32,000 bases of DNA from Candidatus Electronema halotolerans (lineage in GTDB: Bacteria; Desulfobacterota; Desulfobulbia; Desulfobulbales; Desulfobulbaceae). The notes under the pieces are model-generated. The model had not been told where the DNA came from and did not search any database. It saw only the letters and a program-made list of their open reading frames with translations. Location: the NCBI GenBank assembly GCA_942493095.1, contig OW818675.1, positions 960,001 through 992,000 of the forward strand, given 5' to 3'. The position numbers and the translations under genes are program-made. Shown in pieces: positions 18,561 through 26,969 of this stretch; position 1 is the stretch's first letter, and the number at the start of each line of letters is the position of its first letter.

Positions 18561-18958
18561 CTAAAAAAATCGGAAGCCCGCCTGCTCGAAATGATGATCA
18601 AAGGTCAGCGCAGTGGTGATCTGCATTTCCCTCATCACCACAAACGACAGACAGTCAACCAAGCCCCACGTTTTATCCTGATATCTGTTAAACAGGTTCA
18701 CTGCCTGCTTGAACAGAACAGGATTCATATAAATCAGCGTCATTTCGTCAGCTTCCTGAAAGGCGCGAATAAGCTGGCTGCATTGACGGCGGCGATGCGT
18801 GACAAAGCATTGCCCGTTTCCAGCAGGACAGCATCGGTCGTCACCAAAGGATAACCAGCGCACTGTTCCGCCAAGCTCAAGGCCCGCTTATGATAATTGT
18901 CGTTCTCGTTGATTAGGGCGATGATATACCCTGTATCAACAAACAAAGGCTCAAGCAT
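18561..18958 (-). pseudogene. vapC: PIN-domain VapC toxin, disrupted by one frameshift
   Basis: The N-terminal half (MLEPLFVDTGYIIAL...TTDAVLLETGNAL, ORF 18740-18958) and C-terminal half (NRYQDKTWGLVDCLSFVVMREMQITTALTFDHHFEQAGF, ORF 18561-18863) of one PIN domain lie in different frames. The shift maps to about 18770-18810. Confidence 0.75.
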
Positions 18959-19193
18959 TCTTCTCGCCGTTCAAGTAGGCATCAATGTTTTCAGAGAAGT
19001 CCGCAGGCCCGCTGATTTTAATCTCCTGCAACCGTGCCAGCAGGGAAGCCTTTGGCTTTGGCAGGGCAGCATCCTCGTCAATAATCACAATCACGCGCAC
19101 CGATTTGTCATCCCATGCCTGACGATACGCATCTGGAATAGTGACGGTCACTTTGCCGTCACGAGCAACCGCGTTCAGTTCAACGGCATTCAT
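18951..19193 (-). CDS. VapB-type antitoxin (small DNA-binding antitoxin upstream of vapC)
   Basis: An 80-aa ORF overlapping the vapC start by 8 nt, the typical TA architecture. The family assignment rests mainly on context. Confidence 0.5.
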   Translation of the reverse strand: MNAVELNAVARDGKVTVTIPDAYRQAWDDKSVRVIVIIDEDAALPKPKASLLARLQEIKISGPADFSENIDAYLNGEKNA

Positions 19194-19264
19194 AATCGTT
19201 CAGTTTCTTTTCTTGAGCGCGGCTAAAATATCTTGTGAAACTTCCAATCGCATTGTTTCATTCA

Positions 19265-20452
19265 TTATCTTCTTCCGATCACATACACATTGACTAATTT
19301 CAGCCAATACCTCGGATACGCCATTGCCAGCTTTCCAGCGGTGCTGACATCATACTTTCCTGCCATCCCCATCCACTCTTTCTCCGGCACAAAGGTGCGG
19401 AAAATATAAGCTGCTTTTGCGGCTGGACTCGGTTGCTGCCTCAAACTGACAAAATAACTCTTCAGTCTTTTCAAAAGAGGCATCCTGACTTTCTTAACAT
19501 ATACTTCTTCGCGCAAAAATGAAGAAAAAATCGCCTCCCTGTTCTTCAATGTCTTCTCAGCAAGAAACTGTTCTGGCACCGGTGCATCCAGCAGGATATG
19601 GGCATAACTCAAGCCTGTCATAACTTCCTTGCGCAGCTCAGGAACGACACATATTTGTTCTATTTTATGCCAATCAAGTGTTTTCTCATGCTTCCGCAGC
19701 AGTTCGTTGATGTCGCACAGTTCTCTGAGAACAACTCCCATATAATAAACATGCTTGAAAAAATGCGTACAAAGATGAATCAGCATCATTTCCTGTGTCA
19801 ATTTATGCTGATTACCGCTGACATTTACAGAACTTGCTAAAGCCTGCCGCGTGATCTCTCGAAATCTGTTGTCCTGAAAAAGTGACCTATGCACTTCAAT
19901 AGCTACTTTTTTGCATAATGGAGGAAGATGCAGACATGTTTCCGGCAGCTCGCCATGCGCTTGCGACTTTTTGACCGCATGAAGCGGTAAAGAGGATGTG
20001 TAACCAAAGTCCCTCAACTGATACCAATTCTCTTCCACATATTCCTGCTCCACCAGCAAATCAATATCGCACATTGAGCGAAGAGCAATATTCGGATACA
20101 GGCTTTGAATCAGTTCTATTCCTTTCAGCGGAATGACTTTGTTCGGCAGAATGCTGGCAATTTCCTTGAACGCTTCAAGCATCTTGGCATTTCTGAGTGC
20201 AGTGTCGTAATATTCAATTTCAGTGTCGTAATATTCAATTTGAAACCTTTTCAACAATTCTTTCGGCAGCAGATCAGTCAAATCATGCTGCCTGAAGGCG
20301 TAATAAATGAACTGACTGACCCCATGCGTGAAAGCCTTTTTCGCCACCGCCGACCAGTCCAAGCCGCTGCCTGCCAGCTCTTTCAGTGCGGCAATGTTGT
20401 CTTCCGCCAGATGCAGCCGGGCCGCATTGAAGATGAATGCGTCTTCCTTCAC
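19265..20452 (-). CDS. nucleotidyltransferase family protein (NTP_transf_5-like)
   Basis: RSMCDIDLLV, the surrounding pattern and the roughly 390-aa size match the uncharacterised nucleotidyltransferase family that co-occurs with PqqD and HprK-like genes. GTG start. GC is visibly lower than the flanks. Confidence 0.65.
   Translation of the reverse strand: MKEDAFIFNAARLHLAEDNIAALKELAGSGLDWSAVAKKAFTHGVSQFIYYAFRQHDLTDLLPKELLKRFQIEYYDTEIEYYDTALRNAKMLEAFKEIASILPNKVIPLKGIELIQSLYPNIALRSMCDIDLLVEQEYVEENWYQLRDFGYTSSLPLHAVKKSQAHGELPETCLHLPPLCKKVAIEVHRSLFQDNRFREITRQALASSVNVSGNQHKLTQEMMLIHLCTHFFKHVYYMGVVLRELCDINELLRKHEKTLDWHKIEQICVVPELRKEVMTGLSYAHILLDAPVPEQFLAEKTLKNREAIFSSFLREEVYVKKVRMPLLKRLKSYFVSLRQQPSPAAKAAYIFRTFVPEKEWMGMAGKYDVSTAGKLAMAYPRYWLKLVNVYVIGRR
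20200..20241. repeat. perfect 2 x 21-bp tandem duplication inside the nucleotidyltransferase gene
   Basis: cagtgtcgtaatattcaattt occurs at 20200-20220 and again at 20221-20241. It is in frame and duplicates EIEYYDT in the protein. Confidence 0.95.
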
Positions 20453-20573
20453 GCCAAGAGAGTTTTTTAAATGAGAATGTTTCTCATTATCAATCTGGTC
20501 AAGCAGTTAAAAATTATATGCCCCAAGAATAGCACTCCAGAATAAGATGTCAAGACATTTTTTTGCTGTTGCG

Positions 20574-20605
20574 AAAAAAATACCGGCCAGCAAGCTGCTG
20601 CGCCG
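20574..20605 (-). terminator. putative intrinsic terminator of ftsK
   Basis: On the minus strand a 9-bp stem with one bulge (CGGC-G-CAGCA gct TGCTG GCCG) starts 1 nt after the ftsK stop. It is followed by GTATTTTTTT. Confidence 0.5.
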
Positions 20606-20606
20606 A

Positions 20607-22826
20607 TTACTCCATCGAAGCCAGCACTTCTCTTGGCCGTGAACCATCGGACGGCCCGACAATGCCGTCGCGCTCCATCATCTCGATCATGCGGGCGGCC
20701 CGGTTGTAGCCGACCCGCAGCCGCCGCTGGAGCATGGAGATGGAAGCCTGCCGGGTCTCCTTGACCACAGCCACTGCCTGATCATAGAACTGATCATGCT
20801 CCTCCTCGCCGCTGTTGCCGCCGTTCTCCTCCTCGGCAAACTGGAGGACAGACTCGTCATAATCCGCACTGCCCTGCTCCTTGAGGAACGCAATGATCCG
20901 CTCGGTTTCAGCCTCGGATATGTAAGCCCCGTGAATGCGCTTGAGCTTGGCCGCGCCCGGCGGGAGAAAGAGCATGTCGCCTGCGCCGAGAAGGTGTTCG
21001 GCCCCGGAGCTGTCGAGAATGGTGCGGGAATCGACCCGCGAGGAGACCTTGAAGGAAATCCGGGTCGGGAAATTGGCCTTGATCACGCCGGTGAGCACAT
21101 CCACTGAAGGCCGCTGCGTGGCTAAGATGATGTGCATGCCAGCGGCCCGCGCCATCTGCGCCAAGCGGGCGATGGAGGTTTCCACATCTTTTGATGCGAC
21201 CATCATCAAATCAGCCAGCTCATCAACAATAATGACGATATAGGGCAGCTTTTCCTCAGCGGTCTGTTTGTTGTAGGTGGTGAAGGATTTGACCTTGGCC
21301 TCCTCCAGCAGTCGGTAGCGCCGTTCCATCTCCCGCACCGCCCAAAGCAGGGCGCGGCTGGCCATCTTCGGCTCGACCACCACCGGATGGAGCAGATGCG
21401 GAATGCCCTCATAGGCTGACAGCTCAATCCGCTTGGGATCGATCATCAGCAGGCGGACCATGTCTGGCGGGGCCTTGTAGAGCATGGAAGCAATGAAGGC
21501 GTTGATGGCCACTGACTTGCCCGCGCCCGTGGCTCCGGCAATCAGCAGATGCGGCATCCGGGCCAGATCAGCCACTGTCGGACGGCCCACCGAGTCAAAA
21601 CCCAAGGCAACCGTCAGATAGGAGCGCGAGTTTTTATACGGATTGGCAAGGAGGATGTCGCGGAGAAAGACGGTCTTGCGCTTGGGATTGGGAATTTCAA
21701 TGCCGACCGCCGCCTTGCCTGGAATCGAGCCGACCACCCGCACTCGATCTACTTTGAGCACCATTGCCAGATCATCGGCCAAGTTGACAATCTTGCTGAT
21801 CTTGATGCCAGCAGCCGGGGCGAATTCATACGTGGTCACCACCGGTCCCGGCGAAATGCCAACCACCTCACCCTGCACTGAGAAATCAAGCAGCTTGGCA
21901 GTCAAGATCGCGCTGGTTTCTTCATAATGCTGCCGGTCAATTTCCACATCCTCCAAGCTGTTCTCCTCCAGCAGGGTGATGGGCGGCAGCTCAAAGTTCT
22001 GCCAGTCAACCGGTTTTTTCTTCTTGGGAGGCTCCTCTGTTTTTTTGCCCTTCTTATCCGGTGATGATGGACTGCTGCCAGCTTCCGCCTTGCCTGCCTC
22101 ACGAAGAAAAGGCAGCTTCTGGATGATCACCGCAGGCAGGCTGGGCAGATTTCTGACAGGAGCAGGTTCCGGTGCTGGCGGTGGCGGCAGAGCTTTGCGC
22201 TGCTCGCGCTCCTCCTTCCACGCAGTCAGTTTTTCCCGCAGCGGCTCTTCCAGCGCAGCCATCTTGCCGCCTGCGTTCCGAGCCTGACCCCAGAGCCAGA
22301 AGGAAAAGGCGATGGGCGAAAAGCGCACTGCCGCCATCAGGGAGAAAATCAGGAGCAGGAGCAGGAGCAGGGCCGAGCCAACCCCGCCGAGCAGATTGCC
22401 GAGCAGGCGGTGCAGCAGGCTGCCGAGAAAGCCTCCCGGTGCAACTAACTCTGGTGGAAAAATAAGTTTATCCAAACTTGCCAAGAGACCGGAGGCGGCC
22501 AGCAGCACTCCGGTCAGTCCGGCAACAATGAAGGGAAGACGGTCAATGGCGGCTTGGGCCGTGAGAACAGTCGCAGCGAGTTGGAAAAAGAGCAGGGGCG
22601 GAAAAAAGGAAATCAGGCCGAAAAAGGAGAACAGATAGCGGGCTGTGTAATAGCCGAAATGGCCGCACCAGTTCGCTGCCGGGAGCTGGACTTGCGGTTG
22701 CGAGCCGAGCAGCGGCAGGCTGTAGCTGATCAGACTGAGCAGCAGAACCATGCCCAGAAACAGGCAGGTGACTGCCGCCGCCTCCTGCTGGAGCCGGGCC
22801 TGCCGGGCCAAGGCTGCGAGGCGCAT
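20607..22826 (-). CDS. ftsK: DNA translocase FtsK
   Basis: N-terminal TM helices, a Pro/Lys-rich linker, the motor domain (PHLLIAGATGAGKS, IVIIVDELADLMM, ATQRPSVDV) and the C-terminal gamma wHTH (SISMLQRRLRVGYNRAARMIEMME). The ATG at 22826 is preferred over the TTG at 22829. Confidence 0.95.
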   Translation of the reverse strand: MRLAALARQARLQQEAAAVTCLFLGMVLLLSLISYSLPLLGSQPQVQLPAANWCGHFGYYTARYLFSFFGLISFFPPLLFFQLAATVLTAQAAIDRLPFIVAGLTGVLLAASGLLASLDKLIFPPELVAPGGFLGSLLHRLLGNLLGGVGSALLLLLLLIFSLMAAVRFSPIAFSFWLWGQARNAGGKMAALEEPLREKLTAWKEEREQRKALPPPPAPEPAPVRNLPSLPAVIIQKLPFLREAGKAEAGSSPSSPDKKGKKTEEPPKKKKPVDWQNFELPPITLLEENSLEDVEIDRQHYEETSAILTAKLLDFSVQGEVVGISPGPVVTTYEFAPAAGIKISKIVNLADDLAMVLKVDRVRVVGSIPGKAAVGIEIPNPKRKTVFLRDILLANPYKNSRSYLTVALGFDSVGRPTVADLARMPHLLIAGATGAGKSVAINAFIASMLYKAPPDMVRLLMIDPKRIELSAYEGIPHLLHPVVVEPKMASRALLWAVREMERRYRLLEEAKVKSFTTYNKQTAEEKLPYIVIIVDELADLMMVASKDVETSIARLAQMARAAGMHIILATQRPSVDVLTGVIKANFPTRISFKVSSRVDSRTILDSSGAEHLLGAGDMLFLPPGAAKLKRIHGAYISEAETERIIAFLKEQGSADYDESVLQFAEEENGGNSGEEEHDQFYDQAVAVVKETRQASISMLQRRLRVGYNRAARMIEMMERDGIVGPSDGSRPREVLASME

Positions 22827-22829
22827 CAA

Positions 22830-23330
22830 TCAGCGCGGGGCAAATTCGCGGATGCTCCCTTGCAGCTCTTCGTCCGCCTCAAGAATGGCGTAGGTGCAGG
22901 GCACCCCGTATCTGCTGCCGAGCTGAAAGGAACCGGGATTGATGATGAGCTGACCGCGCTCGCGGCGACAGACCGGCTCATGGGTGTGGCCGTAGATCAG
23001 GCAGTCCGCTTCCGGGAAATGGGCGAGCAGGCCCGGCTCAATGTCGTCCGCATATCTGCCGAAGCGGTGGCCGTGGGCCACGGCGATGTTGAAACGGCCC
23101 AAGCTGAATTCAAGCTGGTCCGGCAGGCGGTTGTGCGCAGCCAGATTGCAGCAGTTGCCATGCACGGCCTGCACGGTTTTGCCGGGAAACGCCTCCAGCA
23201 CAGCAGGATCAACAATGTCTCCGGCATGAATGATGACTTCGCAGTCAGCAAAGCACTGCTGGACAGCGTGGAGAAAATCCGTGCTCACGCGGGTCAGATG
23301 GGTGTCTGAAAGAATGCCTGCTTTGATCAT
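22830..23330 (-). CDS. YfcE/MJ0936-type metallophosphoesterase
   Basis: Carries GILSDTHL, HAGD, GNCC, HGH and YGHTH motifs. Confidence 0.8.
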   Translation of the reverse strand: MIKAGILSDTHLTRVSTDFLHAVQQCFADCEVIIHAGDIVDPAVLEAFPGKTVQAVHGNCCNLAAHNRLPDQLEFSLGRFNIAVAHGHRFGRYADDIEPGLLAHFPEADCLIYGHTHEPVCRRERGQLIINPGSFQLGSRYGVPCTYAILEADEELQGSIREFAPR

Positions 23331-23525
23331 GAAAATTCACGCGCTTGGTTGGTCTGAGAAAAGAAAGGCCAGTGCCGCAGCGGGCCGACCGCATTCAGTT
23401 TATCGGAAGCGCCTGCCCTTGACAAGGAAAGGTTGCAAAAAACAGGGGCATCCCGTAACATGCAGCCTTGCGGGGCCAGCCCGCACCATCCTCATATCAA
23501 CCACTTTCTTGAAAGGATAAAGCCA

Positions 23526-24092
23526 ATGTACTCAGCAGCAGATTTGCGCAAGGGACTGAAGGTTCAGATTGACGGCGAGCCGTACATCGTCACTGATTTC
23601 GAGTTCTCCAAGCCGGGCAAAGGCCAGGCGCTCTACCGCACCAAGATGCGGAGCCTGATCAGCGGCAACCAGCTCGTCAACACCTACCGCTCAAACGACA
23701 AGTTTGACAAACCGGAATTGGACGAGCGCACCATGCAGTTTCTCTACGCTCAGGGCGACGAGTTTCATTTCATGGATACAGGCAACTATGAGCAGATTTT
23801 CCTGACTCGCGAGCAGCTTGGCGACAACATCAATTTTCTCAAGGAAGGCATGGAGGTGCAGGTGCTCTTCTTTGAGGGCACCCGGCCCATTGATGTGTCC
23901 ATTGCCACCTTTGTCAATCTCAAGGTGACGCAGGCTGATCCGTGGGCCAAAGGTGACACAGCCAGCACGGACACCAAGCCGGTGACGGTCGAGACCGGCT
24001 ACCAGCTTCAGGTGCCGCCTTTTGTCAATGAGGGCGACCTGATCCAGATCGACACCCGCTCTGGCGCATATCTGACCAGAGTGAAAGAATAA
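23526..24092 (+). CDS. efp: translation elongation factor P
   Basis: MYSAADLRKGLKVQIDGEPYIVTDFEFSKPGKGQALYRTKMRSL contains the conserved KPGKGQA loop. Length is 188 aa. The ATG at 23526 is chosen over the upstream extension. Confidence 0.95.
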   Translation: MYSAADLRKGLKVQIDGEPYIVTDFEFSKPGKGQALYRTKMRSLISGNQLVNTYRSNDKFDKPELDERTMQFLYAQGDEFHFMDTGNYEQIFLTREQLGDNINFLKEGMEVQVLFFEGTRPIDVSIATFVNLKVTQADPWAKGDTASTDTKPVTVETGYQLQVPPFVNEGDLIQIDTRSGAYLTRVKE

Positions 24093-24110
24093 ATCAGCAC
24101 GGAGGACATC

Positions 24111-24677
24111 ATGGCGAAGCCGCGCATCCTGCTCAACCTCTTTCATCCCAATTTTGCCCATTCCAGAGGCAACCGCGCCTTGGCCGAGGCAGCCGGGAAG
24201 CTGATCAATCTCACCTGCCGCAATCTGTATCAGGAATATCCTGATTTCAAGATTGACGCGAAAAAGGAGCAGAGTCTGCTGCTGGAGCATGACCTGATCG
24301 TGTTTCAGCACCCGTTCTATTGGTATAGCTGCCCGGCCCTGCTCAAGGAATGGCAGGACAAGGTGCTGGAGCAAGGCTTTGCCTATCCTCCGGGCGTGGG
24401 CGACAAGCTGAACGGCAAATATTGGCTCTCAGCACTCACCACCGGCGGAGCGCAGGATGCCTATCGCTCTGGCGGCTTCAACAACTACACCATCAGCGAG
24501 CTGCTCCGGCCTTTCCAGCAGACCGCCAACCTCTGCGGCATGACGTGGCTGCCGCCCTTTGTCATCCACAGCGTCCTGCCTCCCGGCATAGCGGGCTTCA
24601 AAAACATCAGCGACGAGGAGCTTGGCCAGCGGGCTGAGGTGTATCGGACATTCTTGGACAGCGTCACGCTCGACTGA
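24111..24677 (+). CDS. flavodoxin-like-fold NAD(P)H oxidoreductase, KefG/KefF-like
   Basis: ILLNLFHPNFAHSRGNRAL...DLIVFQHPFYWYSCPALLKEWQDKVL resembles KefG and general stress protein 14. GGAGGA SD. Confidence 0.75.
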   Translation: MAKPRILLNLFHPNFAHSRGNRALAEAAGKLINLTCRNLYQEYPDFKIDAKKEQSLLLEHDLIVFQHPFYWYSCPALLKEWQDKVLEQGFAYPPGVGDKLNGKYWLSALTTGGAQDAYRSGGFNNYTISELLRPFQQTANLCGMTWLPPFVIHSVLPPGIAGFKNISDEELGQRAEVYRTFLDSVTLD

Positions 24678-25231
24678 TGCGCCAGACCGGACACCATCTT
24701 GTTTACGGCACGCTGACGGATTATCTCACTGGCGAGGAGTTGCCTGACACGGACGATGAACGGTTCCGGCAGCGGCTGGCCTGGCTCTTGGTGGAGGAAA
24801 AGGGCTTTGCCAAGGCCGAGCTGGCACCGCGCCTGACCATTGAGACCCTGTTCAACAGCATTTTTGTCCGTTCAATCATTGATCTGACCGTGTCAGTCAG
24901 CAGCCAGCCATGCTTTGTCCTCCGCTATGGGCCGGGTTCCTTGGTCACGCGGGAAAAGCCAGCTCTGGCGGCGGCGCGAGTGCTGAACGAACGCTTCTGC
25001 ATCCCTTTGGCGGTCGTGACTAATGGCCAAGATGCCGAGCTGCTCGAAACCAAGAGCGGCACGGTGCTGGCTGTCGGCATGACCGCCATTCCCAGCCGGG
25101 CGCAGGCAGAGGAGCTGCTCAAGGAGCATCCGCCCCGTCCGCCGCTGACTGGTGCGGAGCGGGAACGCAACCTGCGGGTCCTTAATGCCTTTGATCTCGA
25201 AATCTGCTGCCGGGGAGACAAGTGCGGATAA
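24677..25231 (+). CDS. HsdR N-terminal-domain-like (PD-(D/E)XK-like) protein
   Basis: The pattern DLTVS...CFVLRYGPG...AAARVL...IPLAVVTNGQDAELLE resembles standalone type I restriction enzyme R N-terminal domain proteins. The start overlaps the upstream stop (TGATG). Confidence 0.5.
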   Translation: MRQTGHHLVYGTLTDYLTGEELPDTDDERFRQRLAWLLVEEKGFAKAELAPRLTIETLFNSIFVRSIIDLTVSVSSQPCFVLRYGPGSLVTREKPALAAARVLNERFCIPLAVVTNGQDAELLETKSGTVLAVGMTAIPSRAQAEELLKEHPPRPPLTGAERERNLRVLNAFDLEICCRGDKCG

Positions 25232-25348
25232 TTGGCAATTTCCGCCTTCTTCCCTCCATTCCGCATAAAATTCCTTTACGCAATGCTGTTTGGTGGTAAG
25301 ATACCCGGCACAGACAGATATTTTGCTTACACCTGAAGGAGACATACC

Positions 25349-26818
25349 ATGTCCAATTACTTCAACAGCCTGCCCCTGCGTCTTCAACTGGAAGAACTGG
25401 GCCGCTGCCGCTTCATGCAGTCATCAGAGTTCAACGGTGTTGAGGCCCTCAAGGGCAAGAAGATCGTCATTGTCGGCTGCGGCGCGCAGGGCCTGAACCA
25501 GGGTCTCAATCTGCGCGACAGCGGTCTGGACGTATCCTACACCCTGCGCGAGGCCGCCATTGCTGAGAAGCGGCTCTCCTGGCAGCGGGCCACGGAGAAC
25601 GGCTTCAAGGTCGGCACGTATCAGGAAATGCTGCCTGATGCTGATCTGGTCATCAACCTGACCCCGGACAAGCAGCATTCCAGCGTGATCAAGGCGGTCA
25701 TGCCGCTGATGAAAGAGAACGCCTGCCTGTCCTACTCGCACGGCTTCAACATCGTGGAAGAGGGCATGCAAATCCGCAAGGACATCACCGTGATCATGGT
25801 GGCGCCCAAGTCGCCCGGCACCGAGGTGCGCGAGGAATACAAGCGCGGCTTCGGCGTGCCGACCCTGCTGGCCGTGCATCGGGAAAATGATCCGCTCGGC
25901 ATTGGCTGGGACATTGCCAAGGCTTATGCCTGCGGCACCGGTGGCGACCGGGCTGGCTGCTTGGAGTCCTCTTTTGTCGCCGAGGTGAAATCAGACCTGA
26001 TGGGTGAGCAGACCATTCTCTGCGGCATGTTGCAGACTGGCTCGCTGCTCTGCTTTGACAAGATGATTGAGCAGGGCATTGATGCCCGCTATGCGGTCAA
26101 GCTGATTCAGCACGGCTGGGAGACCATCACCGAGGCCCTCAAGCACGGCGGCATCACCAACATGATGGACAGGCTGTCCAATCCGGCCAAGATCAGGGCG
26201 CAGGCTCTGTCCGAGGAGCTGAAGCGGATCATGACTCCGCTGTTCAACAAGCATATAGACGACATCATGTCCGGCCATTTCTCTGCCACCATGATGGAGG
26301 ACTGGGCCAATGACGATGCCAATCTGCTCGCGTGGCGCAAGGCCACTGGCGAGACCGTTTTTGAGAAGACCGAGGCTGCGGATGTCGTGATCAGCGAGCA
26401 GGAGCACTTTGACAAGGGCATCCTGATGGTGGCGATGGTCAAGGCGGGCGTGGAGCTGGCTTTTGACACCATGGTCGCCACCGGCATCAAGGAGGAGTCA
26501 GCTTATTACGAGTCCCTGCACGAGTTGCCTTTGATCGCCAATCTTGTCACCCGCAAGAAGCTGTACGAGATGAACGTGGTTATTTCGGACACGGCGGAAT
26601 ATGGCTGCTACCTGTTCAACCATGCCGCCTATCCGCTGCTGCAGGACTTCATGAAGACCGTGGGCACGGACGTGATCGGCAAGGGGCTGAATGTGAAGGA
26701 CAACGGGGTCAGCAACAAGGAGCTGATAGCGGTCAACAAGGCTGTCCGCAGCACCGGTATTGAGGCAATCGGCGCGAAGCTGCGCGGCTATATGAGCGCG
26801 ATGAAGCCGATTATTTGA
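25349..26818 (+). CDS. ilvC: ketol-acid reductoisomerase, class II (long form)
   Basis: Strong collinear similarity to E. coli IlvC from memory ([43 protein letters not shown]). Length 489 aa. GAAGGAGA SD. Confidence 0.95.
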   Translation: MSNYFNSLPLRLQLEELGRCRFMQSSEFNGVEALKGKKIVIVGCGAQGLNQGLNLRDSGLDVSYTLREAAIAEKRLSWQRATENGFKVGTYQEMLPDADLVINLTPDKQHSSVIKAVMPLMKENACLSYSHGFNIVEEGMQIRKDITVIMVAPKSPGTEVREEYKRGFGVPTLLAVHRENDPLGIGWDIAKAYACGTGGDRAGCLESSFVAEVKSDLMGEQTILCGMLQTGSLLCFDKMIEQGIDARYAVKLIQHGWETITEALKHGGITNMMDRLSNPAKIRAQALSEELKRIMTPLFNKHIDDIMSGHFSATMMEDWANDDANLLAWRKATGETVFEKTEAADVVISEQEHFDKGILMVAMVKAGVELAFDTMVATGIKEESAYYESLHELPLIANLVTRKKLYEMNVVISDTAEYGCYLFNHAAYPLLQDFMKTVGTDVIGKGLNVKDNGVSNKELIAVNKAVRSTGIEAIGAKLRGYMSAMKPII

Positions 26819-26827
26819 GGTTGCTTG

Positions 26828-26854
26828 CGGGGAGCAGGGATGTTCTGCTCCCCG
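26828..26854 (+). terminator. stem-loop downstream of ilvC (possible terminator, no T tract)
   Basis: A perfect 10-bp stem cggggagcag / ctgctccccg with a 7-nt loop lies 10 nt after the ilvC stop. There is no following U-run. Confidence 0.35.
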
Positions 26855-26928
26855 GATGCTGCTGAAACTGTAGGATGCACGGTTCGGTATAATTCTTTGT
26901 TCACCGTAACTACTCAGCCTGACAAAAA

Positions 26929-26959
26929 AGGCCGTTTTCAGAAGTGCTGAAGACGGCCT
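26929..26959 (-). terminator. intrinsic terminator inside the IS66 end, after the transposase stop
   Basis: A 13-bp stem with one mismatch (AGGCCGTCTTCAG / CTGAAAACGGCCT on the minus strand) and a 5-nt loop is followed by TTTTTTG on the minus strand. Confidence 0.5.
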
Positions 26960-26969
26960 TACTCGTTTT

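Noticed and set aside
15467-20452. Interpreting the locus as a lasso-peptide cluster, because PqqD, HprK-like kinase and nucleotidyltransferase accompany some lasso clusters
   Set aside because: There is no Asn-synthetase-like lasso cyclase and no transglutaminase-like B2 protease in the window. The candidate core has no N-terminal Gly/Ala/Ser/Cys plus Asp/Glu-at-7-9 macrolactam arrangement after a Thr(-2).
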